From an uncultured delta proteobacterium (lineage in GTDB: Bacteria > Desulfobacterota > Binatia > UBA9968), in contig CAWFJP010000018.1 of NCBI GenBank assembly GCA_963816145.1, forward strand, positions 1 through 64,000: a stretch of 64,000 bases of DNA, read 5' to 3'. The notes under the pieces were generated by a model that searched no databases, was not told where the DNA came from, and saw only the letters and a program-made list of their open reading frames with translations. A program made the position numbers and the translations under genes. The stretch's first letter is position 1. Every line of letters begins with the position of its first letter. Below are positions 49,918-58,145 of the stretch, one piece after another.

Positions 49918-50370
49918 TCATTCGGTTTTAGCCGGTTGATTTTCGCCTTTTAGTGCCGATTCCATGGTGTGCCAGGCAAGGCTGGCGCACTTCACCCGGG
50001 CGGGAAACTTGCATACGCCCGAGAGTATCGCCAATTTGCCGACCCGCTCGCTGCCGCCGTCACTACCCGCTTCGCCGGTGAGCATGTGATGAACGTTTTC
50101 AAACAGTTCGTGTGCCGCACTCTCGGGCTTTCCCTTGAGCTCGGTCGTCATCATCGAGGCCGAAGCCTTGGAAATCGCGCAGCCGGAACCCTGAAAGCTG
50201 ATGTCCTTGATCACACCGTCTTCGACCTGCAGATACACCGTAACCTGATCCCCGCACAGCGGATTGTACCCTTCGGCGCGGCGATTGGCGCCGTCGATGG
50301 CGCGAAAATTCCGCGGGCTCTTGTTATGGTCGAGGATAACCTCTTGGTAGAGATCGTCGAGTTCCGACAT
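49918..50370 (-). CDS. sufU: SUF system sulfurtransferase SufU
   Basis: ILDHNKSPRN, NPLCGD, GCAIS and RVKCA motifs with the SufU-type insertion. Confidence 0.93.
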   Translation of the reverse strand: MSELDDLYQEVILDHNKSPRNFRAIDGANRRAEGYNPLCGDQVTVYLQVEDGVIKDISFQGSGCAISKASASMMTTELKGKPESAAHELFENVHHMLTGEAGSDGGSERVGKLAILSGVCKFPARVKCASLAWHTMESALKGENQPAKTE

Positions 50371-51632
50371 CAGCCAAACACCTTCAAGACGCGCTCAATG
50401 GCGTGCACCAACACGTCAATTTCTTCGATGGTATTGTAGAACGCAAAAGACGCCCGCGCCGTCGCCGGCACGCCGAAGCGCTGCATCACCGGCATGGCAC
50501 AATGGTGACCGGCGCGCACCGCAACGCCCTCCTGATCGAGGATCGTGCCGACATCGTGAGCATGCACATGATCAAAAACAAACGATAACACCCCGGCCTT
50601 TTCCTTTGCTGTGCCAATAATGCGCAGCGCCGGAATTTGCTCGAGCGCCGCGGTGGCGTAGCGCAGCAATCGATTTTCATGGGCCGCCACCGCCGGCCAA
50701 TCGAGGGAGCGCAAATAGTCCACCGCGGTGCCCAAAGCGATACCGTCGGCGATGTTCGGTGTGCCGGCCTCGAATTTGTACGGCAGCACATTGTAGTGAG
50801 TCTTCTCGAAGGTCACCAGACTGATCATGTCGCCGCCGCCCTGGTACGGCGGCATTTTTTCCAAGAGTTCGGCACGACCGTACAAGACCCCGACTCCGGT
50901 CGGCCCAAACATCTTGTGACCGGAAAAGGCGTAAAAATCGCAATCGAGATCCTGCACGTCGATTTGCAAATGCGGCACCGCCTGGGCGCCGTCGAGCAGC
51001 ACCGGCACACCGCGGCCGTGGGCCAGGTCGACGATCTGTTTCACCGGCACCACGGTGCCGAGGGCATTGGAAACATGGGTGACGGAAACGAATTTAGTTC
51101 TGTCGTTAAGCAAGCGGTCATATTCTTCCATGACAATCTCGCCGGCATGGTTGATCGGAATCACCCGCAGCTTGGCGCCGGCCTGCTCGCAGAGCATCTG
51201 CCATGGCACGATGTTGGAGTGATGCTCCATCGCCGAGACGATAATCTCGTCACCGGCCTGCAAAAACGCCCGGCCGTAACTCTGCGCCACTAGGTTGATC
51301 GCCTCGGTGGTGCCGCGCACGAAGATAATCTCTTGTTCCGAACGAGCATTGATAAAGCCGCGCAGTTTACCGCGCGCCGCCTCGTAGGCCGCCGTGGCCT
51401 GCTCGCTCAAATGGTGCACGCCGCGGTGGATGTTGGAATTTTCTGCCCGGTAGTAATGATCAATAGCTTCAATGACGCAGAGCGGCTTTTGGCTGGTGGC
51501 ACCGTTGTCGAAATAGACCAGCGGCTTGCCGTGGACCTTCTGACTGAGGATCGGAAAGTCTTGGCGCACCCGGGCGACATCGAACTTGGCTGGCGCGCCG
51601 ATCTCAGCGCTCTGCTGCGACACCCCTTTCAT
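50370..51632 (-). CDS. sufS: Cysteine desulfurase SufS
   Basis: DNGATSQKP, EHHSN, SGHK and RAGHHCA motifs; start ATG 51632. Confidence 0.95.
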   Translation of the reverse strand: MKGVSQQSAEIGAPAKFDVARVRQDFPILSQKVHGKPLVYFDNGATSQKPLCVIEAIDHYYRAENSNIHRGVHHLSEQATAAYEAARGKLRGFINARSEQEIIFVRGTTEAINLVAQSYGRAFLQAGDEIIVSAMEHHSNIVPWQMLCEQAGAKLRVIPINHAGEIVMEEYDRLLNDRTKFVSVTHVSNALGTVVPVKQIVDLAHGRGVPVLLDGAQAVPHLQIDVQDLDCDFYAFSGHKMFGPTGVGVLYGRAELLEKMPPYQGGGDMISLVTFEKTHYNVLPYKFEAGTPNIADGIALGTAVDYLRSLDWPAVAAHENRLLRYATAALEQIPALRIIGTAKEKAGVLSFVFDHVHAHDVGTILDQEGVAVRAGHHCAMPVMQRFGVPATARASFAFYNTIEEIDVLVHAIERVLKVFG

Positions 51633-51636
51633 AGGC

Positions 51637-52959
51637 TTATAACCAAGCTCCGAAACGACCGACCAGGTACTCATCCAATCGCTGGCGTAAGTTTTCGATG
51701 CCCAGCCGCCGTACCACATCGCTGGCAAAGGCAAAGCTCAACAAACTGCGCGCCGCCGCTACATTCAAACCGCGCGAACGGAGATAAAAGATCGCGTCGG
51801 CGTCGAGCTGGCCGATGGTCGAGCCATGGCTGCACTTGACGTCGTCGGCATAAATTTCCAACTGCGGTTTGGTGTCGATCACCGCGCTATCGGACAGCAA
51901 TAAGTTCTTGTTGGTCTGGCGCGCATCCGACTTCTGGGCGTCCTTGTGAACGACGATCTTGCCGTTAAAGACGCCATGGGCCGAGCCGCCGAGCAAACCT
52001 TTGTACAATTCCAAACTCGTTGCCTTCGGGCTGACATGCTCGATCAACGTGTAATTGTCGACATGCTGCTTGCCATCGGCGAGGTAGAGCCCGTTGAGGA
52101 CGCACTCGGCGCCCTCGCCGTTCAGCAGCACCCGCACATTATTGCGCACCAGCGCGCCGCTCAAGGTCACCGCATGCGCCGACAAATGACAACCGCGCGC
52201 CAGATTCGCTTCTAAAGCGCCGACATGAAAGCCGTTGTCGCTCTCTTGTTGCAAGCGGAAGTGCTCGACCACCGAGTCCGCGCCGCCGACCAGTTCAGTT
52301 ACGGCATTGCAGAAATAAGCCTTGCCGCCCACGCCCAAATAGTTCTCGACGATCTTCGCCTCGCTGCCGGCGCCAAGCAAAAGCAAGATGCGCGGGTGCG
52401 AAATCACCGGCTCGATTGTCGAAGTAGAAACGAACAGCAGATAGATCGGCCTTTCAAGCCGGCAGTCCTGCGCCAGCGCAACCACCGCGCCATCGCCAAG
52501 AAACGCGGTATTGAGTGCAACGAAATGCTGCCGCTCGGCGCTGGCGTGCCGGCCCAGCTCATGAGCGACGAGCCCGTCGTCCTGCTTGATGAAATCCGCC
52601 AATGACCCCAAGCGCAGCCCCGGCGGCAGATCGGTCGTGCTTGAAAGCGCCGGTACATAAACGCCGTTTACGAACACCAACCGAGGCGCATCAGTTTCGA
52701 TCAGCGCTCGAGACAGAAGCCCAGCGCTGCTCACCGATTGAACTTCGCCGTTGGGCTGGACGTACGACTGCGCCGCAATCGGCTCGATGTTGGTATATTT
52801 CCAGTCTTCGTTTTTCAGTGTCGGAAAGCCGAGCCCATCGAAACTGGCGATTCCCGCCTGGCGTAATTGCTCAAGCCACGCTGGACCGGAGAATGCGCCG
52901 GCAGCGCGCATTTGTTTGAACGCGGCCAGGTACGGTTCTTTGCTTACGCTAGTGAGCAT
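51637..52959 (-). CDS. sufD: Fe-S cluster assembly protein SufD
   Basis: EDWKYT, VFNGKI and KPQLEIYADDVKCSHG are SufD-type, not SufB-type. Confidence 0.93.
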   Translation of the reverse strand: MLTSVSKEPYLAAFKQMRAAGAFSGPAWLEQLRQAGIASFDGLGFPTLKNEDWKYTNIEPIAAQSYVQPNGEVQSVSSAGLLSRALIETDAPRLVFVNGVYVPALSSTTDLPPGLRLGSLADFIKQDDGLVAHELGRHASAERQHFVALNTAFLGDGAVVALAQDCRLERPIYLLFVSTSTIEPVISHPRILLLLGAGSEAKIVENYLGVGGKAYFCNAVTELVGGADSVVEHFRLQQESDNGFHVGALEANLARGCHLSAHAVTLSGALVRNNVRVLLNGEGAECVLNGLYLADGKQHVDNYTLIEHVSPKATSLELYKGLLGGSAHGVFNGKIVVHKDAQKSDARQTNKNLLLSDSAVIDTKPQLEIYADDVKCSHGSTIGQLDADAIFYLRSRGLNVAAARSLLSFAFASDVVRRLGIENLRQRLDEYLVGRFGAWL

Positions 52960-52983
52960 GAGTCTGTGAAAAGTCCTTGTGAA

Positions 52984-53742
52984 TTATTGCGCCGCGGCGA
53001 CTTCGCTCTTGATCCAGTCGTAACCTTTGCGCTCGAGTTCCAGCGCTAGCTCTTTGGCGCCCGACTTGACGATCCGGCCGTTGTAGAGGACATGAATGAA
53101 GTCCGGCACGATGTAATCGAGCAGCCGCTGGTAGTGCGTGATCACGATCATCGCCCGGCTCGGGCTGCGCAGCGCGTTGACGCCGCCGGCGATGACCCGC
53201 AGCGCGTCGATATCGAGTCCCGAATCGGTTTCGTCGAGTATCGCTAGCGTCGGTTCGAGCACCGCCATCTGGAGGATTTCATTGCGCTTCTTCTCACCGC
53301 CGGAAAAACCTTCGTTAAGCGGCCGATTGAGCAGCGTTTGGCTCATCTGCACCAAACTCAGCTTATCTTTAATTAGGGCGAGAAATTCCATGGCGTCGAG
53401 CTCGTCGAGGCCGCGGTGCTTACGCACGGCATTGAGCGCCGCCTTGAGAAAGTAAGTCGTGCTGACGCCGGGGATTTCGATGGGATATTGAAACGCCAAA
53501 AAGATCCCTTCACGCGCCCGGATCTCCGGCGCCATGGCCAACAGATCTTTACCCTGATAGGTGACCGAGCCGCCGGTAACTTGGTAGTTTTCCCGTCCCG
53601 ATAAAACATGGGCCAACGTACTCTTGCCCGAAGCGTTGGGCCCCATAATCGCGTGCACCTCGCCGGCGCCGACATGCAGGTCAATGCCGCGAAGGATTTC
53701 CTTGTCACCGACTTTGGCCCGGAGATTTTTGATATCTAACAT
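52984..53742 (-). CDS. sufC: Fe-S cluster assembly ATPase SufC
   Basis: GPNASGKST, FQYP, FSGGEKKR, DETDSGLD and THY motifs. Confidence 0.96.
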   Translation of the reverse strand: MLDIKNLRAKVGDKEILRGIDLHVGAGEVHAIMGPNASGKSTLAHVLSGRENYQVTGGSVTYQGKDLLAMAPEIRAREGIFLAFQYPIEIPGVSTTYFLKAALNAVRKHRGLDELDAMEFLALIKDKLSLVQMSQTLLNRPLNEGFSGGEKKRNEILQMAVLEPTLAILDETDSGLDIDALRVIAGGVNALRSPSRAMIVITHYQRLLDYIVPDFIHVLYNGRIVKSGAKELALELERKGYDWIKSEVAAAQ

Positions 53743-53766
53743 CCGCTATCCTTCCAATTCACCCAA

Positions 53767-54258
53767 CTAACCGGCTCGTTGCACCGGCGTTTTGATCATC
53801 CGCCCCTTCATGCCCTGGCGGTCGGCGATATCCGCGATGCTGACGCCAGCGAGAAAGTTGGCAAGCACCGACTGCGCCTCTTCCCAGACCGATTTCTGGG
53901 TGCAGACCGCGCAGAACGAACAGTAACTCGCGCCCTGTTCGAGACATTCCATCAAAACCAACGGTCGCTCGACCGTTTCGTAAATATCTTTTATGGTAAT
54001 CGCCCCAGCCTTTTTCGCCAGAGTGAATCCACCCTTTGACCCAATATGCGACTGCACCAAGCCGCCGGCGACCAAATCCTTCATGATTTTGGAAAGATAA
54101 AAGGATGGAATGTCTTGGCTCTTTTCGATATCTGCCCGGCTGACTATCACCCCTATTGGCTGCCCCGCCAGATAAGACAACGCCCGCACCGCGTAATCGA
54201 CCCGCCGTCCGACGTTCATCAACGAACTGCGTTCGCTTTTCGTCTTGCCGCGTTTCAC
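53767..54258 (-). CDS. Rrf2 family transcriptional regulator with a Cys cluster
   Basis: DYAVRAL, YLSKIM, GSKGGF and CLEQGASYCSFCAVC motifs. Start is GTG 54258 or ATG 54219. Confidence 0.92.
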   Translation of the reverse strand: MKRGKTKSERSSLMNVGRRVDYAVRALSYLAGQPIGVIVSRADIEKSQDIPSFYLSKIMKDLVAGGLVQSHIGSKGGFTLAKKAGAITIKDIYETVERPLVLMECLEQGASYCSFCAVCTQKSVWEEAQSVLANFLAGVSIADIADRQGMKGRMIKTPVQRAG

Positions 54259-54265
54259 GTTTTTA

Positions 54266-54295
54266 AATATAGACTCGTTAGGTCTACTATGTCAA
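54266..54295 (-). promoter_or_regulatory. Sigma70 promoter overlapping an IscR type 1-like operator
   Basis: Minus strand reads TTGACA-N18-TATATT. It contains TAGAC-N7-GTCTA (54270-54286), similar to ATASYYGACTRwwwYAGTCRRSTAT. Confidence 0.75.
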
Positions 54296-54508
54296 GGTTG
54301 GTCGCCCGGCGTTGCTCGCAATGATGATTGCATGTCAATGCCGGACCGTGACAGCAACACCCGCAGAGCAGCAATCGCTTGGCGCGACTGTGAAAAAGCC
54401 ACTAAATTCAAACCTCCACCCGGCTTGAAAACTTGACGCTATCGGACCGCTTGGAGTAATGTCAGCAAGTTTGTCGAGTTATAGCCTCAAAACTCAGAGG
54501 ACTTTGGA

Positions 54509-55201
54509 ATGGCACGCTGGATTCGCACATCAGCTCAGGTCCTATTTTTAGCGCTGTCGACCATTGCCGACCTGCATGCCGGTTTGATCGTAGGTGAGGT
54601 CAAGTTTACGGAAGCGCCGCCGAGACTCCCAGTTATCAAAGTCACCAAGGACCAAGATTACTGCGGTGAGACGTTGCCTAACGAGACGTATTTGATCGAT
54701 TCAAACGGCGGGCTCAAGAATGTCGTAGTTTTCGTCGAGTCTGCGCCGATGGGAAAAGCGGCCAATCTGCAAAAAGAAAACTTTCTCTACAACGACGGTT
54801 GCCGTTACGCCCCGCGCATTTCAGCGATCCAGCGGGGCGAGAAGTTAAAACTCAAGAGTCATGACCCCAAGCTTCACATCCCCCATGGCTATCGCGGCGA
54901 CAGAACGGTCTTTAATTTGTCCTTGCCGTTCAAGAACACAACTATCGAAGCGACCTCGCGGATCAGAGAACCGGGTATGCTGAAAGTCGTCTGCGATACA
55001 CATGCCTGGATGCTCGGGTTCATCCATGTTTTCGATCACCCATATTTTGCGGTGACCAATGAGCAGGGGGCGTTTTCGATTCCAGATCTGCCGGCCGGGA
55101 ATTATGTCCTAAAAGCTTGGCATGAAGACGGCGGGACAAAGAGCCAGGAGATTACCGTCCCCGAGAGTGGAGAGACACGTATAGTGTTCGAGTTTAACTA
55201 G
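54509..55201 (+). CDS. Exported protein with a cupredoxin-like insert and a carboxypeptidase-regulatory-like domain
   Basis: Signal peptide; LHIPH and CDTHAWM (C-x2-H-x2-M); C-terminal G.FSIPDLPAGNY.LKAWHE. Confidence 0.75.
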   Translation: MARWIRTSAQVLFLALSTIADLHAGLIVGEVKFTEAPPRLPVIKVTKDQDYCGETLPNETYLIDSNGGLKNVVVFVESAPMGKAANLQKENFLYNDGCRYAPRISAIQRGEKLKLKSHDPKLHIPHGYRGDRTVFNLSLPFKNTTIEATSRIREPGMLKVVCDTHAWMLGFIHVFDHPYFAVTNEQGAFSIPDLPAGNYVLKAWHEDGGTKSQEITVPESGETRIVFEFN

Positions 55202-55312
55202 ATGCCACCAAGCGAAACCGGGCGGTTTGCAACTCTCAGCGTCCCCACCCAACATTGTCCGTCAAAAGGGGGCAGCTCATTGAGAACGGAACTTCTCAAA
55301 CCGGGGGGCGAT

Positions 55313-55816
55313 ATGTTTCCTCACTTACAATCCTTCAATCTACAAAAATGGATCGACGACAACCGCGGCGATTGGGGGCAGCGGCGGGTGATTTGGCAGG
55401 ACTCCGATTTCATCGCCTTCGTCACACGCGGCCCGAACCGGCGCAAGGATTATCACATCAATCCCGGGGACGAGATATTTTACCAGCTTGAAGGCGATCT
55501 CAACCTGCACTACTTGAAGGATGACAAGCATGAGCTGGCGGTGCTCAAGTCGGGGGATGTTTTTCTCATGCCGAAAAACACGCCGCACTCGCCGCGCCGT
55601 GCCGATGGTTCGTGGACCTATGTGGTGGAGAAAACCCGTTCGAAAGACGAAACCGACCGCTTCATTTGGCCCTGTGAAAAGTGCGGCACCAACCTTTACG
55701 CCACCGACGTGCGCTTCGATGATCCCGGCGATGCGGTCAACAAAGCCACCGCGGCGCTCAAAGCCGATCCAAAACTGGCGACCTGCAAAAAATGCGGCGC
55801 GGTGCTGGATGTTTGA
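55313..55816 (+). CDS. nbaC: 3-hydroxyanthranilate 3,4-dioxygenase family protein
   Basis: GPNRRKDYH..DEIFYQ, PHSPRR and VVE motifs, plus a rubredoxin-like CEKC/CKKC pair; start ATG 55313. Confidence 0.85.
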   Translation: MFPHLQSFNLQKWIDDNRGDWGQRRVIWQDSDFIAFVTRGPNRRKDYHINPGDEIFYQLEGDLNLHYLKDDKHELAVLKSGDVFLMPKNTPHSPRRADGSWTYVVEKTRSKDETDRFIWPCEKCGTNLYATDVRFDDPGDAVNKATAALKADPKLATCKKCGAVLDV

Positions 55817-55851
55817 AATAGCGAAGATAACCGTGAGGAGTTTTCTGATTC

Positions 55852-55934
55852 CGTCATTGCGGTGAAAACCGGAATCCATCCAGTTCGACGGACTAAGCAG
55901 CCTGGATTGGCGCTAAAAACATGCGGGAATGACG
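55852..55934. repeat. Degenerate REP-like palindromic element
   Basis: CGTCATTGCGG..CCGGAATCCA ... TGGATT..GCGGGAATGACG; same family as 4053-4135. Confidence 0.72.
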
Positions 55935-55985
55935 AGCGAATTGAAATGCAGGTGATTCTTTAGATTAGCTAACATTTTACTTGAG

Positions 55986-56494
55986 TTAACCTTTTTCTTT
56001 CAACGCCCGCCAAATCTTGGGCGGCGTGAGCGGCAGGTCCTGAATGCGCACGCCGACGGCGCGGGAAACCGCGTTGGCGATCGCCGACGCCACCGGCAAC
56101 AAGCCGCCCTCACCTATTCCTTTAGATCCGAATGGTCCTGGTCCGTTGCCGTTTTCGATCAGAATCGTGTGCAGACGATCCGGCAGGTCCTCGAACGTCG
56201 GCACACGGTAGTCGACCATGTTGCCGTTGAGCAACTGTCCCTCTTCATAGATCATCTCTTCCATCAATGTATGACCGATGCCGAACATCACCGCGCCCTC
56301 GTCTTGACCGACGCACTGCTCGGGGTTGATCGCCTTGCCGGCGTCGCAGGCAGAGACGTAATTGAGTAGATGAACGTTGCCGGTATCGGGATCGACTTCG
56401 ACCTCGACGCCGCCCCAACCGACTTCCCAAAAGTCGTGGTCGAGCCCAGCACCGCCTTGGCGCTGCGCTTGTCTTTGTAGAGTCCCTTGCCAAG
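55986..56494 (-). pseudogene. 3' fragment of a xanthine dehydrogenase-family molybdopterin-binding subunit
   Basis: EVEVDPDTG, DAGKAINP, QDEG, DYRVP and GPFGSKGIGE motifs. There is no start and no N-terminal part. A probable 1-nt frameshift lies in the A-run at 56429-56432. Confidence 0.85.
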
Positions 56495-56989
56495 GTTCGA
56501 GCGTTCAACGACAGATTCGGGCCGGATAAAGACAGAGGATTCTGAAAAGGATAACGGCGCGATATCGTGATCGTGCGGGGAGTGCGCCGTATTCGTGCTC
56601 GTGGAGCGGACTAGATGGTTTCCGATGGAGGGTTCTCGGCCTTACTTTTGCCAATGTATCCGGCTTAAGGCCGACTGTTCCAACGACTCGCCAGGCCGTG
56701 CATTCGTAGATGTGACGATATTTTTTGCGGCTCATATAACCGACCCTGGAGCTGATAATTTTCCGCTCGATCTGGCCTTTGCCGTCCCGCTGCAGGCGTC
56801 CGGCCTGACGCGATGCATACGCGCACTCGTTCTGGGATACGCTCCGTGATGAGGTCTCGAACAAAGCGATCGATATGGTTCGCCAAGGTTTCTTTGGCGC
56901 CGCCACGCTAACGATAGCCGGGCTGAAATCCCCGGGATCATCGACAAACTCGAGGTTTCCGACTAACGTTTCATCTTGCGAGGGTCAAA

Positions 56990-57631
56990 ATGAACTCGAT
57001 CCGCGGTTATCTATGGCTGGTGCTGGCTGGCGTTAATTTGGCCTGTGCCAGTTTCCAAGTGGGCGGCGAGGTTAACGCCGGGAGACAAGCGTTTCTCGTC
57101 GGCAACTACGACACGGCCCTGGTCTACTTTCAAAGCGCCGCGGCGAAAGATCCAAACTACATTTACGGCACGGCGCTCAGAGAAGGTATCTGGAGTTACG
57201 TCGGCAGAGCCGAGTACGCGAACTCCCGCCTTCCCCAAGCCAAGCAAGCCTTGGAACGAGCGCTCGCCGCGAACCCAGACGAACCTATCGCCAGACTTTA
57301 CCTGGGCTTGACAATCGCGCGCAGCGGCGATCGGCAACTGAGTCTCAAAGAAATCGAGGCTGGTCTGCAAGGGATTTTCACTTGGCTTGAATACGTCACA
57401 CAAACTTTCCGATTCTCCTTCGGACAGTATTGGGATCCGACCGGCGCGATTCGCGCGGCAATCCGACGCGAACTGGAGACCCTTGCAAGTCGTGAGTTTG
57501 ATTGGCCAACGCTGATCGCTGACTGTGAATGGATCGGCAAACAGATCGAAGCGGAAGGCGATCGAGCGCGCAGTGATGAATCGCGGCAATGGAATCGAGA
57601 AGGCGGCGACGGACGCGGAGGTCGGCGATAA
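56990..57631 (+). CDS. TPR-containing putative lipoprotein
   Basis: Signal peptide ending LA-C; TPR-like helices (ALERALAANPDEPIARLYLG). Confidence 0.75.
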   Translation: MNSIRGYLWLVLAGVNLACASFQVGGEVNAGRQAFLVGNYDTALVYFQSAAAKDPNYIYGTALREGIWSYVGRAEYANSRLPQAKQALERALAANPDEPIARLYLGLTIARSGDRQLSLKEIEAGLQGIFTWLEYVTQTFRFSFGQYWDPTGAIRAAIRRELETLASREFDWPTLIADCEWIGKQIEAEGDRARSDESRQWNREGGDGRGGRR

Positions 57632-57707
57632 CCCAGCCTAGTCAATTGATTCCTGCAACGTCAATGTCAGCAGACATGCGGCGGGTTTTCGTCTGGGGTT
57701 AAGCACC

Positions 57708-58032
57708 GGTCGGACCCTGCGATGTCTCCAATCCCTGCAAGTCGATCACCGCATGCCGCTTGGGCGGTTGATCAATCTCACGGTAACCGCTGGCGCCCAC
57801 TTATCCGGTTAGTTGACCGCACCAGCGCGAACCCCATTTAAGTCAGTGTACACCAGATAGCGGTGCGCGATATGCCAGACTTGACCGGGCATAAAATGGC
57901 AATTGGCGCGCGGCATTACTTCACTTCACCTTCGAGCAGCCGTTTCACGGCGAAAACTATCGCTAAGCCTGTCAGCCACGCTATTTAGGCAATCTTCCAT
58001 CTCTGACTCAATAGATTTTCCCGGTCCGACCC
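57708..58032 (-). mobile_element. Internally deleted non-autonomous derivative of a Y1/HUH (RAYT-like) transposase element
   Basis: ATG 57916 reads MPRANCHFMPGQVWHIAHR|YLVYTDLNGVRAGAVN*, then a frameshift gives SGYREIDQPPKRHAVIDLQGL. It is bounded by GGTCGGACC (57708-57716) and its inverse GGTCCGACCC (58023-58032). Confidence 0.7.
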
Positions 58033-58145
58033 GGGGGAACTTGACCAAAAGCACCAAGAGTGCACGCACCGACCGGCAACCCATGTGATATGATGTTTGC
58101 GAACGACTAGAGCGGCCGCGGTCTACAGAGAAAGGTATAATCCTT

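Noticed and set aside
51637-52959. SufD reinterpreted as SufB
   Set aside because: EDWKYT and KPQLEIYADDVKCSHG are SufD signatures, and SufB motifs such as EGC and HEA are absent.
56522-56989. Short ORFs (133, 84, 73 and 71 aa) and a possible third degenerate element end near 56551-56575
   Set aside because: No recognisable family or RBS, and the similarity to the element end is too weak to call.
57632-58145. Structured ncRNA or riboswitch upstream of fumC
   Set aside because: Better explained by the transposase-derived element.
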